Positions 36,146-44,119 of a stretch of DNA of 64,000 nucleotides are shown piece after piece. Position 1 is the stretch's first letter; the number at the start of each line of letters is the position of its first letter. Location: assembly GCA_040754495.1 (NCBI GenBank), contig JBFMCO010000022.1:24908-88907 (forward strand). Direction: 5' to 3'. The stretch is from Candidatus Micrarchaeota archaeon. GTDB taxonomy: Archaea; Micrarchaeota; Micrarchaeia; Anstonellales; Bilamarchaeaceae. Below the pieces are notes generated by a model that saw nothing but the letters and a program-made list of their open reading frames with translations, was not told where the DNA came from and searched no databases. A program made the translations under genes and the position numbers.

Positions 36146-36321
36146 GCAGGAAAAAAATAGCGGGGGGTAGATTTGAACCCCCAGCCTTTTTATAATCGGA
36201 ATCCTGGCCCCGGAGAAAAAGGCTAGGGTTAACCCAAAAACCAGTTTCTCGGAACCCTGAACCCGAAACGGGAAACCGGAAACAGGATGCAGGAAAAAAA
36301 TAGCGGGGGGTAGATTTGAAC
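36142..36321. repeat. 37-bp direct repeat (36142-36178 and 36285-36321) duplicating the tRNA-iMet 3' end
   Basis: GGATGCAGGAAAAAAATAGCGGGGGGTAGATTTGAAC occurs twice, 143 bp apart. Confidence 0.9.
36243..36290. repeat. 7-nt periodic repeat array
   Basis: GGAACCC TGAACCC GAAACGG GAAACCG GAAACAG downstream of tRNA-iMet. Confidence 0.75.
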
Positions 36322-36405
36322 TACCGGTCCCTGGGTTATGAGCCCAGTGGGAACTCCAAGCTTCCCATAGGGCAAATTCTAGATGTTAGAATTTGTTACC
36401 CCGCT
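36301..36405 (-). tRNA. Initiator tRNA-Met(CAU) with a 30-nt intron at position 9/10 (36367-36396)
   Basis: A1-U72 acceptor AGCGGGG/CCCCGCT+A; three G-C pairs in the anticodon stem CTGGG/CCCAG; T-arm GGTAG-TTCAAAT-CTACC. BHB: GGGG/CCCT central helix and 9-bp inner stem CAAATTCTA/TAGAATTTG. Confidence 0.92.
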
Positions 36406-36546
36406 TTGCTTGGAGCACTTTAACCCAGATTGTCCTAACAGAAGTCAGAACGAGAATAATTAGCGGGCTAATGCTTTATAATGGTGATTGAAATTCAGGC
36501 GCTAGATGAAGTAAAAGAGAAAGAAGGAGAAAAGGGAGGAAGAAAC

Positions 36547-37116
36547 TCACTTCCTCTTTTTCGCCGGCGCGACGGGCCGCGGCGGAGGCTCCTCCTCTTC
36601 CACCGGCTCCTCTTCGGACATCCCGGCCTCTTCCTCCGCAGGCTCTTCCTCCTGCGGCTCCTCTTCCTCAGGCTCGGGCCTCCTCGCTGCGGGCCTCGGG
36701 GACGGGGCTGCCATCCTCTGCGGCGGCGGGGCCTTCTCGGTCTCCATCTTCTTCACGATTTTGTGGACCATCTCGCGCTCCATCTGCTCGCTCTTGCGCG
36801 AGTCGTCCTCGAGCTTGCCCTTGTGGTAGTAGAAGCCGGCCATGAACATGAGGCCCGAGATTACCAGCGGGACCAGCAGGGAACCGAGGTAGAGCGACGG
36901 CAGTATGACTGTCGCGAACTCGTTCTTCAGCTTCGCGAACTCGGATGGAGGAGTGACGCCGCACTGCTGCAGCTTGGTGAAATCGTTCGTGGTGACGAAA
37001 TCGACTACTGCTCCGATTATTCCGCTTGCATACGATATTATCACATAGGCCGCGCCCACGATGACCAGGAGGCCCAGCACTACAAACAGATAGCTTACAA
37101 CCTTGAATTTACTCAT
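36547..37116 (-). CDS. Membrane protein with acidic Pro/Glu-rich C-terminal tail
   Basis: Two to three hydrophobic helices followed by a low-complexity EEEP tail. Confidence 0.75.
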   Translation of the reverse strand: MSKFKVVSYLFVVLGLLVIVGAAYVIISYASGIIGAVVDFVTTNDFTKLQQCGVTPPSEFAKLKNEFATVILPSLYLGSLLVPLVISGLMFMAGFYYHKGKLEDDSRKSEQMEREMVHKIVKKMETEKAPPPQRMAAPSPRPAARRPEPEEEEPQEEEPAEEEAGMSEEEPVEEEEPPPRPVAPAKKRK

Positions 37117-37137
37117 ATTTACACCCCCTCGATTATA

Positions 37138-37911
37138 TTAGGATAAAGTAAAATAAATCCTCCTGTTGTCCTTCCCCTTGTTGTCGAGACGGAGTATGGC
37201 TATCCTGCCTACCTCCGCAAGGCTCCGCACGTGAGTCCCGCCGTCCGCCTGGACGTCTATGCCGGGAATCTCGACGATGCGAAGCTCGCTTATGGATGGC
37301 GGCAAAGCGCCTGCAAGCTTCACGACGCCAGGTATCTTCATCGCTTCCGCGCGCGGAAGAGTATAGACCTTGAGCGCTGCGCCGCTTGAGAGCGCGTCGT
37401 TCGCCTTCCGGACGATTTCCTCGAATTGCGGGCGGTCGAACGAAGCGAGGCTGAAGTCGAAGCGCGCCTTGTCCTCCTCGAGCTGATTTCCCGTAATCAG
37501 CACGCCGAGCTCCTTGTACATGGCAGCTCCGAGCACGTGCGCTGCCGTGTGCATGCGCATGAGCTTGTAGCGCCGCTCCCAGTCTATCACGCAGCGGACA
37601 TGGTCGCCGGCCCCGAGTTTCCAGTTCCCGGTTTCGTCTTTGGGTTCAGCGTCCAGAAGGTGGACGATTTGGCCGTCTTTCTTGAATACGTCCACGACAC
37701 TGAACACGGAACCGGGAGCGGGCGGCCCTGCGCCGGAGACCGGCTGCCCGCTGCCGGAAACCAGCGCGATGCTGCCCCGGTCGGCAGGCTGGCCGCCGCC
37801 CCTCGGATAGAACACGGTCCTGTCGAGGACGACCTCCTTGCCGCTCACCGACAGGACCTGCGCGGCGCACTCGCGCATGTAGCTGTCATCGAGATAAAGG
37901 GCCTGGCTCAT
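37138..37911 (-). CDS. alaX: Alanyl-tRNA editing protein AlaX (AlaX-M type) with repeat-derived insertions
   Basis: LYLDDSY, FYPRGGGQPAD, MRMHTAAH, DGGTHV and KGKDNRRIY motifs. Confidence 0.93.
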   Translation of the reverse strand: MSQALYLDDSYMRECAAQVLSVSGKEVVLDRTVFYPRGGGQPADRGSIALVSGSGQPVSGAGPPAPGSVFSVVDVFKKDGQIVHLLDAEPKDETGNWKLGAGDHVRCVIDWERRYKLMRMHTAAHVLGAAMYKELGVLITGNQLEEDKARFDFSLASFDRPQFEEIVRKANDALSSGAALKVYTLPRAEAMKIPGVVKLAGALPPSISELRIVEIPGIDVQADGGTHVRSLAEVGRIAILRLDNKGKDNRRIYFTLS

Positions 37912-37965
37912 AAAGCTTTTAAATGCAGGAAAACATTAATAGGTTGGGATTAGGAGCTGATTGTC

Positions 37966-38475
37966 ATGGCAGGAAGGGACACGAGGCCGAAAGAGGAGAT
38001 TCTGGAGACGCACGCCCAGACGGGCGAGGCGCAGAGGCAGCAGCAGGAGGCTGCGCAGAGGCAGGTCGGGGGGATAGACCTCTCGAGGCTGGTCGCCGCA
38101 AAGCAGCAGGTCCGCGGAGCTGTGACCGAGCAGTCTGCGCACGCGTACCAGGTTGCCTCCACGACAAGAAGGGTGTTCATGGAGGAGGTCGAGCGCAGCA
38201 GGGACATCACCCTGAGGGGCAACGTCCGCGATTCCGAGATGATGAGGATAGCCGCCAACCCGGAAGCCTTCGAGAACTGCAAGGTCCAATACGGATACAA
38301 CCAGAGGCAGAGGATATACAGCGTCGCAACCGAGTTCGACGGCAGGCCGAGAATCCTCACGGTGCGCGTCGGGGAGAACTTCATGGAGATGTCGCTCGCA
38401 GACAGGCAGGGCACCGTCCTCGAGACCATGAGGCAGGAAGACGGAAGGGGCATAACATACAGCAGGGCAGGCTGA
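37966..38475 (+). CDS. Hypothetical protein
   Basis: 169-aa ORF ending 2 bp before the rpiA start, preceded by a GGAG-type SD-like sequence. Confidence 0.6.
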   Translation: MAGRDTRPKEEILETHAQTGEAQRQQQEAAQRQVGGIDLSRLVAAKQQVRGAVTEQSAHAYQVASTTRRVFMEEVERSRDITLRGNVRDSEMMRIAANPEAFENCKVQYGYNQRQRIYSVATEFDGRPRILTVRVGENFMEMSLADRQGTVLETMRQEDGRGITYSRAG

Positions 38476-38477
38476 TT

Positions 38478-39131
38478 ATGAGCCAGGCGAAAATTAACGC
38501 CGCAAGAGCAGCGCTCGGATACGTGAAGGACGGCATGTGCATAGGCCTTGGCAGCGGCACGACAGTCCGGGAGTTCATAAGGCTGCTCGGGGAAAAGGTC
38601 CGCGGCGGCCTGAAGGTGAGCTGCGTGACGACATCGTTCGATTCGCGCATGCTGGCAATCGAGTGCGGCATATTCGTGACCGAGACGGACGCCATCGACG
38701 AGATAGACCTCACGGTGGACGGGGCCGACAAGGTCACGAAGACCGCCCTCCTCAAGGGAGGCGGGGGGGCGCTGACAAGGGAGAAGATAATCGGCTACAA
38801 CGCGAAAAGATTCATAATCATTGCAGACGAGGGCAAGGTCCAGGAGGGGACGCTGGAAGGCGAGGTAAATCTCGAGGTGCTCCCTTTCGCGGCCCCGCTT
38901 GTCATGCGAGCGCTCAAGAGATACAACCCCAGGATACGGATGGCGAAAGCCAAGCTGGGGCCGGTGATAAGCGACAACGGGAGCTTCATAATAGACTGCG
39001 AGATGAAGCTCGACGACCCGAGGAAGACGGAGCAGTGGCTAAAGAGCATCCCGGGCATAGTCGAGAACGGAATCTTCACGAGATTCGACGTCATAATAGT
39101 CGGCAGCGAGAAGGGCCACAGGGTCCTCTGA
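38478..39131 (+). CDS. rpiA: Ribose-5-phosphate isomerase A
   Basis: IGLGSGTT, DGAD, KGGGGALTREKI and PVISDNG motifs. Confidence 0.96.
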   Translation: MSQAKINAARAALGYVKDGMCIGLGSGTTVREFIRLLGEKVRGGLKVSCVTTSFDSRMLAIECGIFVTETDAIDEIDLTVDGADKVTKTALLKGGGGALTREKIIGYNAKRFIIIADEGKVQEGTLEGEVNLEVLPFAAPLVMRALKRYNPRIRMAKAKLGPVISDNGSFIIDCEMKLDDPRKTEQWLKSIPGIVENGIFTRFDVIIVGSEKGHRVL

Positions 39132-39173
39132 TTAACGGCTTATAAAAATCCAGAAGAATGGCTTTCCGCTGTT

Positions 39174-39262
39174 GGCACGGGGGAACCGTCCGCAGACGGT
39201 GGGTCCTGTGCCCAAAGGGCGTCCTGGGGTCAAGAATCAGACTAGCCCGGCATGGCGCCTAA
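39174..39262. ncRNA. Unassigned structured intergenic element
   Basis: Hairpin GGCAC...GTGCC enclosing ACCGTC/GACGGT; on the minus strand the loop reads c(UGCG)g, a UNCG type. Confidence 0.3.
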
Positions 39263-39370
39263 GGTTTTCTACAGAGCCGATTTTACGCTATTCGTTTTGG
39301 GATTTCGGAATTTATGACAAAGAAATATACTTTTAAACACATCTGCACAGAAGAGAGGTAGGTGTTTTTC

Positions 39371-40072
39371 ATGACTATTGAGAGGATGAAATCCCAGAGG
39401 GGGGCTAACGAGGCGAGGAATGCGAGGGTCGCGAAGGTTGCGGCAACGGTTCTGCTCATAGAGGGGCTTGCGTCCATATGCGCTGCCCAGGGCTGCAGCG
39501 ACCCGTTCACGTCTTCGGGAATAAAGACCGAAACCGATTCCGGCACAGGCGGGCATGGAGGCACTTCCGGCTCCGGGGGCAGCAGCGGCATGGCCGGCTC
39601 GGGCGGGCTCGCGGGAACAGGAGGCGAGGCCCAGGGCGGCAGCGGCGGCGTTGGCGGAACCGGCGGAGCCGCAGGCATGGGGGGAAGCGGCGGCTTTGCC
39701 GGAGCGGGAGGCCAGGGGGGCGTAGCAGGGCAGGGAGGAGCGGGCGGCATGGCTGGCGCAGGAGGCGCCGGCGGAGCGGGCCCTCTGTGTGCCGGGGTTT
39801 ATAACGAGTTCGTGGACCACGGGACGTTCCCGAAGAACACGCCAACCGAAGCCGGAGGCTACTACCTCAACTACCTGTCCTACACTGCCACCACGATAAC
39901 CATGAATATCCTGTGCGCCTCGGACAATTCAGCCGTCGCGAGCGGCGAGGTTTTCACGGAGAACGTCGAGAAGACCGTCAACGTCCCGGCCGATGGCAAG
40001 AAAATCAGGGTGACGCTGCATAACATGAACACTTTCCAGGCCGTTTGCAGCGTGACCGTAGAGCCCCTCTGA
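39371..40072 (+). CDS. Gly-rich lipoprotein-like surface protein (family B, copy 3)
   Basis: SICAAQG-CSDP, a GGSGGAGG tract, and the same C-terminal domain (GPLCAGVYNE...KKIRVT...VTVEPL). Confidence 0.85.
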   Translation: MTIERMKSQRGANEARNARVAKVAATVLLIEGLASICAAQGCSDPFTSSGIKTETDSGTGGHGGTSGSGGSSGMAGSGGLAGTGGEAQGGSGGVGGTGGAAGMGGSGGFAGAGGQGGVAGQGGAGGMAGAGGAGGAGPLCAGVYNEFVDHGTFPKNTPTEAGGYYLNYLSYTATTITMNILCASDNSAVASGEVFTENVEKTVNVPADGKKIRVTLHNMNTFQAVCSVTVEPL

Positions 40073-40100
40073 AAGCCGCTCCGGCGGCTTTCCTTTTTCA
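40071..40100 (+). terminator. Hairpin plus U-tract terminator-like sequence
   Basis: GAAAGCCGC-TCCG-GCGGCTTTC followed by CTTTTT immediately after the stop codon. Confidence 0.6.
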
Positions 40101-40191
40101 GCTTTTTTTCATCCGTTGTTTTGGCTAATGTTTAAAAATGCTAGCCATTAAATCACAAACAGACAAAAATCTTAACAAAAGGTGGGAGAGG

Positions 40192-41175
40192 ATGGGCAGA
40201 CTACACAGCAAGCAGGAAGCGGACGCAGCGCCGCACGGGGGAAGGACTGTTTCTGAGAAAAGAAGGGCTCTTTCGAAATGGCTGATAGGGGCCTCGGTGG
40301 CCGCTTCCGCCGCTCTTGCAGCCGCATCGTGCAGCGAGAGGAACGAGAATCTGTACATCCCGATTCCGCCGAGCGGAAACACGACGGATGGCGGAACCAC
40401 GAACGATGGCGGGCCGGAAACAGACGGGGGGCAGACGAGCGACGGCGGCACTACCGACGGCGGATGCGTTTCGCCTGCGCCGGTCTGCAACTCGCAGTAC
40501 GTCTACGGCCTGCTCAATGTAGGCGAGATGCTGCTGATAGGGGATTACCGGGTGAGGCTGGCCGACACGAACGAAGCCGGCGGGGAGCAGAGGGCAGTTG
40601 TCGAGGTCCTCGACTCCTGCAACAGCGTGATAACCAGCCAGCCGGTCAACGAGAACGACACGGTCGTCTTCCAGGTCATGGGGACAGATATCGAAATCGA
40701 GGTCGCGGTTACGCATGTAACCGTTTCGGCGCCGAAATCCGCACGCATCACTGCCGAGATGACCTGCACTGACGGCGGGGTCACGGATGGAGGAGTGACG
40801 GACGGAGGCAATACCGACGGCGGCCCGGCTGACGCAGGCCCTGACGTTGATGGCGGCGCGGCCGATGGCGGAAGCGACGGCGGCCCATCCTGCACCGGCG
40901 TGTACAACGAGTCTGTCGATAACGGAGAGTTCGACAGGAACGTGGACGTCGAGGTCGGCGGCTACCATTTCAGGTACCTTTCCTACACGACCACCAGCGT
41001 CACCATTGACATCAGGTGCGGCGCGAGCAGCGCGGACGTGGCCCTCGGCGAGACGTGCGGGACCGGCGTCGAGAGGGTGATAGACGTCCCCGCAGACGGC
41101 AAGAGGATACGCGTCACCCTTGAGAACAAGAACACGTTCCGCGCCATAATGGACGTAACGGTCGAGGACCTCTGA
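40192..41175 (+). CDS. DGG-repeat lipoprotein-like surface protein with extra beta-domain (family B, copy 4)
   Basis: ALAAAS-C, DGG repeats, a middle domain LLNVGEMLLIGDYRVRLAD..., and the family C-terminal domain. Confidence 0.85.
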   Translation: MGRLHSKQEADAAPHGGRTVSEKRRALSKWLIGASVAASAALAAASCSERNENLYIPIPPSGNTTDGGTTNDGGPETDGGQTSDGGTTDGGCVSPAPVCNSQYVYGLLNVGEMLLIGDYRVRLADTNEAGGEQRAVVEVLDSCNSVITSQPVNENDTVVFQVMGTDIEIEVAVTHVTVSAPKSARITAEMTCTDGGVTDGGVTDGGNTDGGPADAGPDVDGGAADGGSDGGPSCTGVYNESVDNGEFDRNVDVEVGGYHFRYLSYTTTSVTIDIRCGASSADVALGETCGTGVERVIDVPADGKRIRVTLENKNTFRAIMDVTVEDL

Positions 41176-41180
41176 GGGGG

Positions 41181-42458
41181 ATGCACATGGACAATCTCAA
41201 ATTGCGCAGGGGAAGCGTCGATGAGAAAGAGGGGAGGGAGGACGCGAAGCCGAAGGAGAAATGGGGCAAGTGGCTTCTTGGAAGCGGAGCGGTCACATCC
41301 GTGGCTGCGGCTGCAATCATCGCAATCTCGTGCGGCGACTCAAACACGGACCATTACATACCGATCCCGCCTAACGGCAATGTCGACGGCGGGACTACGG
41401 AGGACGGAGGCCCGGTCACGGACGGCGGGGACGAGGACGGCGGGGTTACCGATGGAGGGGATGGGGGGACCTGCACGCCGCCAACGCCATCTTGCGCCAC
41501 CCAGACGGTCAACGTTCTCATGAACGTAGGCGAGCAGCTTGTCGTCGGCGATTACAGGATAAGGCTGGCAGACACGAACGAAGCCGACGGGGAGCAGAGG
41601 GCCGTTATCGAGGTCCTGGATTCCTGCAACCAGCTCATCCGCTCCGAGCCTATTAACGAGGACGGCAGCAAGGTCTTCCAGGTGATGGGCACCGATATAG
41701 AGATAGAAGTCAGCGTCACGAACGTAACGATAACCGGCGCGAAGTCTGCCAGGGTAAGCGCGGAGATGAGATGCACAACCGGCACCGACGGAGGCCCGGT
41801 CACGGATGGCGGCCCGGAGACGGATGGAGGGCCGACCGAGACTGACGGAGGGCCTGCCGATGCAGGCCCGGACGTCGATGGCGGAGAGACCGATGGCGGG
41901 CCTGTTACGGACGGCGGGACCGAAGAGGACGGTGGCGCCACGGATGGAGGCCCCACTGACGGCGGGCCGGACGTGGACGGCGGGCCTGTCGAGGAGGACG
42001 GCGGAGTTAGCGACGGCGGCCCCACGGATGCCGGCCCTGACGTCGATGGCGGCGCGGCCGAAGACGGCGGCGTAACCGATGCCGGGCCCGATGTGGACGG
42101 CGGGGCTGACGCCGACGCTGGCGTGACCGACGGAGGCGCGGATGCCGACGGCGGCACTGTAATCGTCTGCAGCGGCCTGTACAACGAGCACGTTGACAAC
42201 GGCGAGTTCCCGAGGAACGAGGACGTGGAGCTGGGCGGATACTACTTCAGGTATGTCTCCTACACGCCAAACACGGCCACGGTCGAAATATACTGCTCGG
42301 CCGACAGCTCTCTTGTCAGCGGCGGGATGACGCTCACGCAGGGGCACGAGGAGACCCTCGAGCTTCCTACAGACGGGAAGCGCATCCGGTTCTTCCTCGA
42401 GAACAAGAATACGTTCAGGGCCATAATCGACGTAAACGTCGAGGACCTCCCACCCTGA
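41181..42458 (+). CDS. DGG-repeat lipoprotein-like surface protein with extra beta-domain (family B, copy 5)
   Basis: IIAIS-CGD, a middle domain LMNVGEQLVVGDYRIRLAD..., a long DGGPxTDGG tract, and the family C-terminal domain. Confidence 0.87.
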   Translation: MHMDNLKLRRGSVDEKEGREDAKPKEKWGKWLLGSGAVTSVAAAAIIAISCGDSNTDHYIPIPPNGNVDGGTTEDGGPVTDGGDEDGGVTDGGDGGTCTPPTPSCATQTVNVLMNVGEQLVVGDYRIRLADTNEADGEQRAVIEVLDSCNQLIRSEPINEDGSKVFQVMGTDIEIEVSVTNVTITGAKSARVSAEMRCTTGTDGGPVTDGGPETDGGPTETDGGPADAGPDVDGGETDGGPVTDGGTEEDGGATDGGPTDGGPDVDGGPVEEDGGVSDGGPTDAGPDVDGGAAEDGGVTDAGPDVDGGADADAGVTDGGADADGGTVIVCSGLYNEHVDNGEFPRNEDVELGGYYFRYVSYTPNTATVEIYCSADSSLVSGGMTLTQGHEETLELPTDGKRIRFFLENKNTFRAIIDVNVEDLPP

Positions 42459-42502
42459 TTCTTTTCCTTCAATTTTATAAACTGCCGCAGCGATAGCAGC
42501 GC

Positions 42503-43027
42503 ATGCGCATCCCTGAGAGGATAAGGAGCGAGCTCAAGAAGCCGCTCGGTGCGCTGCACAGGGACTTTCGGGAAATCAGGCGGCTCAGCCGGACCCACAG
42601 GGTAATTTCCGTCGGGGACGTCTGCACCCTCGGCCTGCTGGCCATGGGCATAAAGCCGCATCTGGCTGTCTTCGACCATCTTTTCATGAGGCACCGCCTC
42701 GACCCCGGCATGGTGAGGATTCTGGAGCTCCATTTCAGGAAGCCAAGGAGATACCGGAACCCGCCCGGAACAATCTCCCGGAAGATACTTGATGATGCGG
42801 CAGGGCTCTTGTCGCATGGCGGGGCCGTGCTCATAGACGGGGAGGAGGACCTCACGGCGCTGGCGTTCATACTTGCCGCTCAGGAAGGGGACGTAGTCAT
42901 ATACGGACAGCCGGGGCAGGGGATGGTGGTCGTCAAGCCTGATGAGAAGATAAAGAAGAAGGTCAGGGGGTGGCTTTCAGCCGCCGCCGCCCTTGGTCAT
43001 GAAGTAGAAGGCCATGTAGGCGAATAG
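42503..43027 (+). CDS. GTP-dependent dephospho-CoA kinase (DUF359 family)
   Basis: LKKPLG, ISVGDV, NPPGTI, IDGEEDL and YGQP motifs. Confidence 0.88.
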   Translation: MRIPERIRSELKKPLGALHRDFREIRRLSRTHRVISVGDVCTLGLLAMGIKPHLAVFDHLFMRHRLDPGMVRILELHFRKPRRYRNPPGTISRKILDDAAGLLSHGGAVLIDGEEDLTALAFILAAQEGDVVIYGQPGQGMVVVKPDEKIKKKVRGWLSAAAALGHEVEGHVGE

Positions 43028-43171
43028 CGTAAGCACGACGGCGATTATTATCTGTGTCTGCTGGTCGAGCATCACCGCCGGCTCAAGAAGGGAGGTGCCT
43101 AGGAACGTCACTCCTGCCCCTATGCCCAGGGAGATGACCAGGAGGATGATGTTCTTAAGCGTGCTTCCCAT
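42977..43171 (-). CDS. Small two-helix membrane protein
   Basis: 64 aa with two hydrophobic helices; follows the PRC-barrel gene. Confidence 0.65.
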   Translation of the reverse strand: MGSTLKNIILLVISLGIGAGVTFLGTSLLEPAVMLDQQTQIIIAVVLTLFAYMAFYFMTKGGGG

Positions 43172-43183
43172 CGTCGCACCGCA

Positions 43184-43435
43184 TTACTGGGACTGAACTG
43201 ACGGGCCTTTCGTGACTACTATCACGTCCTCGACTGATTTGACGTTCTTGTAGAGTATGCTCTTTTCGCGGAGCGCCTTCTTCGCGTCGTCCTTGCCCGC
43301 AGGGAGCGGCTCGATGAGAATCCTAGATACCTCGCCGCCCTCCAGGTCGACTATGAAGTCCTGGGCGTTGCCGATGAACTTCCCGGAGTCCGTGAAGATG
43401 TCCATGCCGTAGAGTCTGGATAGCTTCGTGCTCAT
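43184..43435 (-). CDS. PRC-barrel domain protein
   Basis: LSRLYGMDIFTDSGKFIG...DFIVD...VKSVEDVIVV pattern. Confidence 0.88.
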   Translation of the reverse strand: MSTKLSRLYGMDIFTDSGKFIGNAQDFIVDLEGGEVSRILIEPLPAGKDDAKKALREKSILYKNVKSVEDVIVVTKGPSVQSQ

Positions 43436-43501
43436 TCTAGATCACCTTGCGTTCCTAATCGCTGAACAAATTAAAAAACCTTCCCTCATACCAATACGAC
43501 G

Positions 43502-44119
43502 ATGGAACGGGAAATGCTCGCATATGCAGGGTACGTCGTTTTCTTCGCCCTTCTTGTCGGCTCAGTGTTCGCAGTGCCTTGGCTCGCTTTCACAAGCGAC
43601 ATGGACGCGGCTTATAAGGCATTCTCATTTACCTGCCACCAGAAGCTTTCGCGCTCGCTCTGCCTCTTTGGCGGCGGAAGCGGTTACTGGATAGCCGACT
43701 GCACCCCGCAGGAAGGCGCTTTCATCCCGGGCGCGAGCGACAGGACGGCCGTGAAGGTCGTTGCGGACTCGGTCACCGGATACAAGATGCCGGTCTGCTC
43801 GCGCGATGTTGGGCTCTATGCCGTGATGCTCCTTGGCGGCCTCGTTTACCCCTTCGTCCGGAGGCTTGATGACGGGGCCATGTACCCGGCGGTTTTCCTT
43901 GTGCTCGCAATCGTGCCGCTGGGAATCGACGGCAGCCTGCAGCTCGTGTCTGAGCTCGGGCTCCTGCCTTTCATATACGAGAGCACCAACATTATACGGC
44001 TCGCTACCGGCGCGATAGCCGGATTCGCAGCCGCATTCTACGCGATACCGGTGCTGGCCAATCTCGTAAGCCCTGCCGAGGCGGGGCCGGCGGCTCCGGC
44101 GAAGCGGAAAAATCAGTAG
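43502..44119 (+). CDS. DUF2085-family membrane protein
   Basis: CHQKLSRS, PVCSRDVGLY, PLGIDG and NIIRLATG motifs. Confidence 0.85.
   Translation: MEREMLAYAGYVVFFALLVGSVFAVPWLAFTSDMDAAYKAFSFTCHQKLSRSLCLFGGGSGYWIADCTPQEGAFIPGASDRTAVKVVADSVTGYKMPVCSRDVGLYAVMLLGGLVYPFVRRLDDGAMYPAVFLVLAIVPLGIDGSLQLVSELGLLPFIYESTNIIRLATGAIAGFAAAFYAIPVLANLVSPAEAGPAAPAKRKNQ

Noticed and set aside
36158-36240. Second tRNA or trans-spliced 3' half
   Set aside because: Only 21 nt of tRNA sequence are present, and the adjacent hairpin does not give BHB geometry.
37923-38477. N-terminal extension of RpiA in the ORF track
   Set aside because: Overlaps the 37966-38475 gene in another frame; RpiA homology starts at ATG 38478.
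39174-39264. 5S rRNA or tRNA candidate (minus strand starts TTAGGCGCCA)
   Set aside because: Lacks the conserved 5S CCGAAC loop and has no cloverleaf.
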